A stretch of 63,861 nucleotides of DNA, filler included, from Octopus bimaculoides (Eukaryota), in NCBI RefSeq assembly GCF_001194135.2. It is 10 parts of 8 records of this genome, joined end to end, with 100 filler letters (N's around TTAATTAATTAA, not from the genome) between each part and the next. Parts side by side here need not be neighbours in the genome. Positions count along the whole stretch, not along the records: positions 51,195 to 55,607 come from NC_068983.1; positions 55,708 to 59,746 come from NC_068988.1; positions 59,847 to 62,045 come from NC_068992.1; positions 62,146 to 63,861 come from NC_069010.1; 6 more parts are not named here. One strand, given 5' to 3'. The first letter of the stretch is position 1; each line of letters opens with the position of its first letter. A program made the translations under genes and the position numbers. The notes beneath the pieces are model-generated. The model did not search any database. It was not told the origin of the DNA and saw nothing but the letters and a program-made list of their open reading frames with translations. Positions 53,546 through 63,861 of the stretch are shown here, piece by piece.

Positions 53546-55021
53546 GAAAAGAGGTAAAATTTGTTCAAATTTCAAAAACGATAAACAAGCGTTATATAGA
53601 ATAAAGCTTAAAAAAAGAAAAAAAAAACCTTAAAAAAATCCCATAAAGCGCGACGATAAAAATATTTTTTGTACTAATTCAAAAAACAATGGAAAGACAA
53701 GAACGAATTTATGCGGCAAACCAACAGATTTCTTATATTTCTTCGATGCTTCCCTTCCATTCTTCCCTAGTAGTGTTGATGTCGCGCCCAACAGAGTCAC
53801 TTGTAGCAAACCCCTGCAAGATGAATTGAGCTCAAATTCCGCCGAGGTCGACTTTGCCTTTCATCCTTTCGGGGTCGATAAATTAAGTACCAGTTACGCA
53901 CTGGGGTTGATGTAATCCTCTTAATCCCTTTGTGTGTCCTAGTTTGCCCCCTCTATGTTTAGCCCCTTGTTGGCAATAAAGAAATAAGATAGATTGGTAT
54001 GTATACTTTACTCTTTTACTTGTTTCAGTCATTTGACTGCGGCCATGCTGGAGCACCACCTTTAGTCGAGCAAATCGACCCCAGGACTTATTCTTTGTAA
54101 GCCTAGTACTTATTCTATTGGTCTCTTTTGCCGAACCGCTAAGTTACGGGAGCGTAAACACACTACCATCGGTTGTCAAGCGATGTTGGGGGACAAACAC
54201 AGACACACAAACACACACATATATATACATATACATATATACGACAGGCTTCTTTCAGTTTCCGTCTACCAAATCCACTCACAAGGCTTTGGTCGGCCCG
54301 AGGCTATAGCAGAAGACACTTGCCCAAGGTGTCATGCAGTGGGACTGAATCCGGAACAATGTGGTTGGTAAGCAAGCTACTTACCATACAGTCACTTCTG
54401 TATGGATGTATGCATGCATGCATGTAGGTAGATAGGTAGGTAGGTAGGTAGGTAGGTAGGTATTAACTCACCTGAAAATTTAGAGATTTAGTAACCTTTT
54501 TTTGATTCAGAATCGAACTCTTTGAACTCAATTAAGCCTGCTTTTATCTTTTACCTGTTTCAGTCATTGGACTACGACCATGCTGGTGGCACCGGCTTGA
54601 AAGGTTTTAATCGAGCAGCTCGACTCCAATACTTATTTTTCTAAAGTCTGGTACATATTCTATGGTCTCTTTTGCCGAACTGCTAATTTACGGGATATAA
54701 ACAAACCAACACTCGTTGTCAACAGGAGATGAGAGAGAAACACAGGCACAAAGGTACACAGACAAACTCGTATACACACACATACAACATACACATATAT
54801 ACGACGGGCTTCTACATATTTTCCGTTCCCAAATTCACTCACAAGGCATTGATCGGCCTGGAACTACAGTAGGAGATACTTGCCCAAGATGCCGCTCAAT
54901 GTAGAACTGAACTCGAAACCACATGATTGCAATTTGTTTCTTCTATACATTTCTAATCTAAATATTTAGATTCAAGCGGTCAATCTAACTCCAATTATTT
55001 TATTACTACATTGACAGAGTA

Positions 55022-55452
55022 AGGCAGCGAGCTGGTAGAATCGTTAGCAGGCCGGGCAAAATGCTTAGCAGTATTTCATCTGCCGCTACGTTCTGAGTTC
55101 AAATTCCACCGAGGTCGACTTTGCCTTTCATCCTTTCAAGGTCGATAAATTAATAACCAGTTACACACTGGGTGTCGATGTAATCGACTTAATCCCTTTG
55201 TCTGTCCTTGTTTGTCCCCTCTATGTTTAGCCCCTTGTGAGTAATAAAGAAATAAGAAACGTTAGCATGCCGGGCAAAATGCTTAGCGGCATTTCGTCTG
55301 TCTATACGTTCTGAGGTCAAATTCCGCCGTGGTCGACTTTGCCTTTCATCCTTTCGGGGTCGATAAATTAAGTACCAGTCGAGCACTGAGATCAATGTAA
55401 TCGGCGAGTTCCCTTACCCCAAATTTCAGACCTTGTGCCTGTAGTAGAAAGG
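55022..55452 (+). mobile_element. Dimeric family-A SINE
   Basis: Same architecture, with the junction at 55254/55255 (AAGAAATA|AGAAACGTTAGC). Confidence 0.85.
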
Positions 55453-56523
55453 ATTTTTACTACATTGTCAGACAGCGAGTTATCGGAATCGTTAGAGCGT
55501 TGGAAGATGTGTTTTGCAGTACTTTGTGAGTTCAAATTCAACCGAGGTACACTTTACCTTTCATCCTTTTGAGGGTCGATAGAATAAGTGCCTGCTGAGC
55601 AGTGTGGNNNNNNNNNNNNNNNNNNNNNNNNNNNNNNNNNNNNNNNNNNNNTTAATTAATTAANNNNNNNNNNNNNNNNNNNNNNNNNNNNNNNNNNNNN
55701 NNNNNNNGCTGTACTCTTTCACCACAACTTTCTCTCACTCTTCCTGTTTCTGTTGTGCCTGTAATTCAAAGGGTCAACCTTGTCACACTGTGTCACGCTG
55801 AATATCCCCGAGAACAACGTTAAGGGTACACCCTTACTTCCTGTTTGTGTTGTACCTGTAATTCAAAGGGTCAGCCTTGTCACACTCTGTGTCACGCTGA
55901 ATATCCCCGAGAACTACGTTAAGGATACACGTGTCTGTGGAGTGCTCAGCCACTTGCACGTTAATTTCACGAGCAGGCTGTTCCGTTGATCGGATCAACT
56001 GGAACCTTCGACGTCGAAAGCGACGGAGTGCCAACATACTGGTTCAACAACGAGCAACAAGCAAATAAATACAGTATATAAAAATACCGGCCAAAATTAA
56101 AACTTTTGTTGCGCCTCTGAGTGGATGATGTCTCTCGAAACAACTTTATTACGTCCCATCAATTAGGTGTTTGCATTCAGAACAACGACGCCATGACCGC
56201 TGTGGTAGGACCTGTGACTATTCCTACTTTATTTTGTTCAACATTCAATTGAAATTATGTAACAAATCTAATGGAATTTCATGGAGATATCTACTACAGC
56301 AATACAACCAAACGTTACAATCAACACAAATAATAATACTAAATGCAGATAACATGAAACAGCGGACTTCATAAGTAGACAAGTTGTACATACACTACAA
56401 CTATATATCATCTATAGGAAGACACAATCTAAACAGTTAAAGAATTGTGATTACTCATGTATGCAAAGAGTTGTGTATGTATGTATGTATGTATCTCTCT
56501 CTCTCTCTCTCTATCTCTCTCTC

Positions 56524-56569
<46 letters not shown>

Positions 56570-56585
56570 ATATATATATATATAT

Positions 56586-56770
56586 TGTAACCTCGTGGGC
56601 ATCGGTACCATTTTCCTCTTTCTCCGTTCTTCCATTCTCCGAACTTTCCATCTTTCCGACGAAGGGCTACGCCCGAAACGTCATACACTCTCTCTTTCCT
56701 TTCCTGAGCGTCCAATAATACTATCCATATCACGTCCTCACTTTGTTGTTTTTTGTTTTTTTGTTATTGT
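56586..56770 (+). mobile_element. Penelope-type terminal repeat relic with a degenerate hammerhead-like core (56656-56682)
   Basis: cCGACGA-a-GGGC-tac-GCCC-GAAAC-GTC; flanked by TA microsatellites. Confidence 0.5.
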
Positions 56771-57717
56771 TTTTTTTAACTATATATATATACATATATA
56801 TATATATNNNNNNNNNNNNNNNNNNNNNNNNNNNNNNNNNNNNNNNNNNNNNNNNNNNNNNNNNNNNNNNNNNNNNNNNNNNNNNNNNNNNNNNNNNNNN
56901 NNNNNNNNNNNNNNNNNNNNNNNNNNNNNNNNNNNNNNNNNNNNNNNNNNNNNNNNNNNNNNNNNNNNNNNNNNNNNNNNNNNNNNNNNNNNNNNNNNNN
57001 NNNNNNNNNNNNNNNNNNNNNNNNNNNNNNNNNNNNNNNNNNNNNNNNNNNNNNNNNNNNNNNNNNNNNNNNNNNNNNNNNNNNNNNNNNNNNNNNNNNN
57101 NNNNNNNNNNNNNNNNNNNNNNNNNNNNNNNNNNNNNNNNNNNNNNNNNNNNNNNNNNNNNNNNNNNNNNNNNNNNNNNNNNNNNNNNNNNNNNNNNNNN
57201 NNNNNNNNNNNNNNNNNNNNNNNNNNNNNNNNNNNNNNNNNNNNNNNNNNNNNNNNNNNNNNNNNNNNNNNNNNNNNNNNNNNNNNNNNNNNNNNNNNNN
57301 NNNNNNNNNNNNNNNNNNNNNNNNNNNNNNNNNNNNNNNNNNNNNNNNNNNNNNNNNNNNNNNNNNNNNNNNNNNNNNNNNNNNNNNNNNNNNNNNNNNN
57401 NNNNNNNNNNNNNNNNNNNNNNNNNNNNNNNNNNNNNNNNNNNNNNNNNNNNNNNNNNNNNNNNNNNNNNNNNNNNNNNNNNNNNNNNNNNNNNNNNNNN
57501 NNNNNNNNNNNNNNNNNNNNNNNNNNNNNNNNNNNNNNNNNNNNNNNNNNNNNNNNNNNNNNNNNNNNNNNNNNNNNNNNNNNNNNNNNNNNNNNNNNNN
57601 NNNNNNNNNNNNNNNNNNNNNNNNNNNNNNNNNNNNNNNNNNNNNNNNNNNNNNNNNNNNNNNNNNNNNNNNNNNNNNNNNNNNNNNNNNNNNNNNNNNN
57701 NNNNNNNNNNNNNNNNT

Positions 57718-59746
57718 TCTATAGAAAGTATCAATCTTGATCCAAACACCTTCCAGTTATAGAGGAGATGGCATTTGAACCAACTCTAAATGACATTCAT
57801 TTAGCTGTGAATAAACTGAATAATAAGTCTCCAGGGTCTGATGGAATCTGTGCAGAAGTCTTGAAATATGGGGGTGACAAAATGTTTAAGTTCTTAAATA
57901 TATCAATTTATCACTGTTGGAGAAGTGAAGAAGTACCTCAAGACTGGATTGATGTCATTTTAGTCCCCTTGTATAAATCGGGACCAAAGGATCTGTGTGG
58001 TAATTTTCATGGGATTTCGTTTTTGTCTGCAGTTGGAAAGGTACTTGCCCGAATTCCGTTAGAACGTTTAAATACCTTCATAGTTCCAAGTATAGTGTCT
58101 GAGTCTCAATGCGGTTTTCGCTCCTCCAGGAGTACAGTTGATTGTACTTTTAGTATAAGAAAATTTCAGGAAAAGTGCCTTGAACAGAATCTGGCTTTAT
58201 ACCATTGCTTTGTTGATTTAAGCAAGGTATCCGATACTGTTAATCGAAATGCTCTGTGGCTAATTGTAAAGAAAATAGGTTGCCCAGAAAAATGTGTAAA
58301 TATGATCAGGCTTTGCGTTAAGATATGAAGGCTAGAGTTAATTTTGGTGGTAGGCTCTCTGAATCTTTTGCTGAGGAAAATAGAGTAAAGCAAGGAGACC
58401 TTGATGCAACCATCCTCTTTGCAATATACTTTTCTGTTGTGCTGTCACACACTTTTCAAAACTCCGAGGAGGGTATTTACAATCTGACCAGAGTAAAATT
58501 CCAAAGATTTTTACTTCATTCGTTAAGGAACTCTTATACGCTGACGATTGCGATCTAGTCAATCACTCTGAAACGGGCCTGCAATCTCTTGGATTTGCAT
58601 TTGGCACAGCTTGTGATGATTTTGGCTTGACCATCAACTTGAAAAAATAAATAGTTGTAATGATTCAACCTGCACGTGGTGCTGTTTACAACCCTACTAA
58701 AATTTTTGTTGAGGGTAAGTTACTTGAGGTGATTGACTCCTTCATTTATCTTGGAAGCTCTGTACAAAACGATGGAATTTTAGACACAAAAATACATCTG
58801 TGAATTCAAAGGGCAGCACAAGCATTTGGTGGTTTGGAGTCACGCGTTTGGAGCCAACGACAAAAATAATAACACAAAATTGGCTCTTTACAAATCGTTT
58901 GTTTTACCATCCTTCTTCTATTCTTCTGGAACATGGACATGTTATGAAAGACATTTCAAATTGTTAGAACGATTCCACCAAAAATGCCTTCACCGCATTG
59001 TAAACATTAATTGGGGCTTTTTTTTACTCCAGACACAGATGTCTCTGCGCCTGCAGGCATCACTTCAATTAAATCAATGATTCTGAAAAACCAAATGAGA
59101 ATGTCTGACCGTTATTGTTTGAATGTTGGATGAACGCACACCCAAACAGCTGTTTTTTATGGCGAGCTTGTAGAGGGGGAAACGCAGTCGTGTAGACCTA
59201 AAATGATGTTTAAGGACGGCATAAGGACTACCATAATGTCACTTGGAATGGATCCAGAGGACATAGAAGCTCTTGTTTCGGGTCGAGCTGGATGATGCAC
59301 AAAAGTGTGGCGTGGAGTGAAAACGTTTGAAGAAGCCAGGATAACACATGCAAGACTCAAGAGAGATTTATAGAAGAATGTTGCAATCGAGATGGTAAAT
59401 CTCAGTGGTCTTCTTGAGTGCCCAGTTTGTGACAGACTATACCTTTCTTTTGCTGGGCTCAAATCACATTTGTGGACCCATGAAAAACGAACCTCCACCA
59501 ACTATTCTGCTTATATATCTGTGCACACCGTGTATGCCACGAAGTCTGCAATTCTAACGGAAGTCTCAAAAGATATTTTAAGATCCATAAAGATCAGAAG
59601 TTAACTGCAGCTCTTGGTGGTCCAAATCGGATATGCAATTTATGCGGGTGACTTTTCAATATATTGTCTGGTTTAAAAAGCCATATCAGGCGCCATGATG
59701 GATCTAAGGTGTAGATACAAGAGGTGGTCAGAGTCTGTATAAGGAG
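57718..59746 (+). mobile_element. 5'-truncated RTE-clade LINE pseudogene: RT domain plus C-terminal C2H2 zinc fingers
   Basis: KSPGSDGICAEVLKYGG, VPQDW..VPLYK..GNFHGISFLS..GK, ESQCGFR..RSTVD, FVDLSK..DTVNR, VKQG, YADDC, PKQLF(Y)GEL; stops and frameshifts throughout. Confidence 0.9.
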
Positions 59747-60060
59747 NNNNNNNNNNNNNNNNNNNNNNNNNNNNNNNNNNNNNNNNNNNNTTAATTAATT
59801 AANNNNNNNNNNNNNNNNNNNNNNNNNNNNNNNNNNNNNNNNNNNNTCTCGACATTTTTCAAATGTCAAGAAGGAAATTTTTGTATTTTGCTAGGGCCGA
59901 AACTGCCCCTGGGGGTCAATTCCTGCCCTTGAAAATACACACAAATGAAGCCTAGGTGCTTCGCAACAAAATTATTTAAAAATTCCAACAAAATGTGGAC
60001 AGTAAAAGGTCAAATAAACGTTTACCTTCGCAGCCGATGTGACAGCACGTCCGTGAGAAG

Positions 60061-60135
<75 letters not shown>

Positions 60136-60430
60136 CAGAGTCACTATAAGAGGAATCCAGTTGAGCAGATATGGCGATAATGATGCAAATAAACAAATAA
60201 AACTGCTTGGGTTTGATATTCAATATTGATATGTATAAATGTATACTTGCAAACAGAGAAAAGGCAAACTCTGAACTACCAGATGATTAATATTCAAGTA
60301 TAAATATATAGATATTTATATATTAACAGAGCAAACTTGTGCAGGGTACAAAGACACAGAAAAGTAAAGAGAAGGTGTGATGCCGACGGCTGTTTCTGGA
60401 GGTTCGGAGTTCATTATGTTGACAGATGTA

Positions 60431-60638
60431 AGAAACGTTAGCACGCCGGGCGAAATGCTTAACGGTATTTCGTCTGCCACCACGTTCTGAGTTCAAATTC
60501 CGCCGAAGTCGACTTTGCCTTTCATCCTTTTCGGTGTCGATAAAATAAGTACCAATTGCGTACTGGAGTCGATCTAATTGACTGGTCCCCTCCCCAAAGA
60601 TTTCGGGCCTTGTGCCTTGAGTAGAAAAGAAGAAAAAA
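60431..60638 (+). mobile_element. Family-A SINE (tailB form) with a TSD
   Basis: Starts AGAAACGTTAGC; TSD agatgta at 60424-60430 and 60639-60645. Confidence 0.8.
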
Positions 60639-61767
60639 AGATGTAGTTCACAAAAATATGCAACCAGTAATGGATACAGATAAATATTGGAGAGATCAAC
60701 CCTCCCCATATTTCAATCCACTTCCTGCCTCCACAACTGTTTGCCTTCCTCTTCACCCATTTAACCTGCATTATGATTTGAAATGTTAGATTTTTATCTC
60801 TCTAACATGAAGACGGAGACCGTATCTATTCAATGTTTATTTGATTCCATTACTGGTTGCGTACTTTTGTGAATTACATCTACCAACATTATGAAGTTAC
60901 TCCAAGCTACCAGAAACAGCTGTCGGACTTCTAACACTATAACCTTCTCCCTATAACACTATAACACATAGGGTAGACAGACTGTGGACAGTTTATAAAG
61001 GTATGAAATATGTGCGTAAACTATGAGTTGGAAATAATTTGAAGAGAACACTTGTAAAAAAAATAACTGTGACGTAATTGGTATTGTCGTAGAGAGAGAA
61101 GGGATTAAGAAAGTGAGAAGAGGATTGAGAGAGAGAGAGGAAGAAGTATTGAGAAAGGGGAAGAGATAATGAGAGAAAGAGATAGAGGGGGAAGAGACAT
61201 TGAGAGAGAGAGCAGGATAAGAAGGAATATTCATTGAGAGAGAGGAGGGGGGAGGGAATGACGTGTTTTTTTCTATTTGATCAAGGCAGTGGGTTGAATG
61301 ATGGTGCGTTGAACAGAGAGTGGTGGGAGGGTGCTAAGAAGTAAAAGGAGAAGTAGGAAAGAGAAATCGAGAGAGGAAGGAAGTGAAATGAAGAGATAGA
61401 ATGTGTGATAGAGAGGGTGAGAAATGCGTGTGAGAGTGAGAGAGAGAGAGAGTATTTGTTTTCATTTCGTCATTGCAGTATTTCCTTGATGACGTAATAT
61501 TGCTTGACGGTGAAGGTAGGCAATGAGTAAAGAGAGGTGGTGGGGGTAAGAAAAAAAAGACAAATACACAGGTACAGCGAAGGGGGTGGGGGGAATCAAA
61601 AATACGGAATATAAAAATAGACAGAAAATCATACATACATAATTATTTATATTTAGAACTAGGTAAACATTTTCTGCCAAGTACTGGGATGACCATGTTA
61701 TATATATATATATATATATATATATACGACTGTATATAGGTATGTCTACATAATATGCATTACACAT

Positions 61768-61800
<33 letters not shown>

Positions 61801-61850
61801 CTTGCGCATATATACACATACTTACATGCATACATATGTATATATTTGTG

Positions 61851-61893
<43 letters not shown>

Positions 61894-62265
61894 GCATACA
61901 TATATAAATGCATATAAACACATGTGTGTGTATGTATGTACATATATGTATCGTGACAGTAAGGGAGGTGTAGTAGATTCCTGTTTATTTAACTTCTTTT
62001 CTCCTCCCTCTCTCTCTCTCTCTTTCTCTCTCTCTCCCTCTCTCTNNNNNNNNNNNNNNNNNNNNNNNNNNNNNNNNNNNNNNNNNNNNTTAATTAATTA
62101 ANNNNNNNNNNNNNNNNNNNNNNNNNNNNNNNNNNNNNNNNNNNNCTTTGTAAGCCCAGTACTTATTCTATCGGTCTCTTTTGCCAAACTGCTAAGTTAT
62201 GGTTATGTAAACACACCAACATCATTTGTCAAGTGATGGTGGTGAGAACAAACACAGACACACAA

Positions 62266-62318
<53 letters not shown>

Positions 62319-62336
62319 GCTTTCAGTTTCCCTCCA

Positions 62337-62370
<34 letters not shown>

Positions 62371-62383
62371 GACAATAATATTG

Positions 62384-62428
<45 letters not shown>

Positions 62429-63861
62429 GAACACCCCTCCCACATGGCAAGTGGTATGTGGTAGTCATTACAAATACTATGACATAGGAAGTTGAGTCAT
62501 TGAGAAGTCCGCACTGTCAGTCATAGATAGTTATGTCTTACTTGTCTAACTATCTTATACTGCTATACCAGAATGGACGTTATGACAGTCCAACATTGGA
62601 TTAGAACAGAGGCGATGAGGAATTCACAAACTCACAAAGTTGCCTTACAGTGGAACTGAACTTAATACTACGGGGGTCTGAAAGCAAACTTGTTACCACA
62701 CAGCCATACCTATATATATATATGTGTGTAGTAACGCCGTGCGCATGCGTAGTCTCACGCGTGCGTAGAATTAAACAACCAAGCGTTCCCGCTTAAATCT
62801 CTCTCTTTCTTGCTGGCCAGCAATAGAGCATGGACGTGTCAAGCAGTGTCTCTAACATTCTAACTCTGGAGAGTTACGTGTATAGCTGTCACTCTCCATC
62901 TTTCGGACTTACACTCGACAGCTCGCTTACATCTACATAACAACGTCCCAACAACAGAAGCTGTAACAACAAGAGCTAAAGATGTATATATTTACCACCT
63001 AAATAAAGTGTTGTTTAAGTTGATAGTCTGGAGTTCAGCGTTCCGTTTGTATTCATTAATATTATATAGGAAAGTCAGGTATACATCTAATGATGTATAA
63101 CCAACTTTCCTATATATGCTTGTATATCTATGGATTTATTTATTCCAGTTGACCACCTTCCAGGATTTCTACATCGCATTGGGGATTCCTTACTCTATTG
63201 TTAGAGGAGAGCTATTTGATTTGAATATTTATGTTTTCAATTACATCCCCAAAAATGACGCGGTGAGTATTAACCCTTTAGCATTCAGATTATTTTGTCA
63301 AGGGTAATGCCTTTTTATTTAAATTATTTTGAATATCCATCATGCATTATCTCGTAGCTTCAAGATGTCACTGATGTGATTGTTTACTTTTAGAATGACG
63401 TTGTAAGGTAGGTTGGAGAGGATGGATCTGGTTGGTTTGAACAATAGTTTCTGAGATACATTGTCATCTGTTGGGACTGATCTGTTGATTACAAAAATGC
63501 AAAATTCCTTAAATACAGGAACAACATCAGTTTTCCAGAACATTTAATTCTGAAACCATTTCAGATTACTGATTTTCCAAACCAGGGGTAATCACACTCT
63601 AAATCAAACAGATCTTTTTTAAAACGGGGGCCACATTTTTCATTAATGTTTTACGTAGTGTTTTTGGTACGGAAAGACTTTCAAACTTCGTATACTTATC
63701 TATTTTGTGTTATAGAACAGAAAAATATTTTTGTATTCGAATTTATTTCATGTAAAAAATTGTCCTATTTCGATAATTTCAACCAATCACTGACAAGTAT
63801 TCAGTTGTTTACATTTACTCCTTTGGCTGATTAAGCGATGTAAAGCGTATTTAATCTCCAT

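Noticed and set aside
1-63861. Most ORFs in the supplied track (poly-I/V/M, YIYI, THTH, CVCV, LSIY, X-runs)
   Set aside because: They are translations of microsatellites, antisense frames of SINEs, or reads through N gaps; none has domain content.

Overview
AT-rich, gap-ridden eukaryotic genomic DNA. The SINE families and microsatellite load suggest an octopus/coleoid cephalopod; this is inferred from recalled repeat sequences, not from a database hit. Nine artificial 100-bp spacers (44N-TTAATTAATTAA-44N) join ten sequence segments, so continuity across them is not assured. No complete host gene is visible, and almost every ORF in the supplied track is a microsatellite or N-run artefact. Three candidate host exons are supported only by splice signals (30799-31069 +, 15203-15303 +, 4579-4727 -). 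The rest is transposon debris: CR1-type, RTE (ending in three C2H2 fingers), R4/Dong-like and Penelope-like retroelement fragments, mariner/Tc1 relics and MITEs, a 2.6-kb hAT-like element with TIRs and a TSD, and at least four tRNA-SINE families. The most interesting signal is a set of hammerhead-ribozyme motifs that the ORF track misses. One is an apparently intact minimal type I hammerhead at 27614-27662 (-). Another is a 216-bp palindrome carrying a hammerhead-like core on each strand (29146-29361). There are also several degenerate Penelope-type relics, and long hairpins/inverted repeats that could be dsRNA or A-to-I editing substrates. These belong to known classes (PLE/retrozyme-type ribozymes); nothing here proves a wholly new system.
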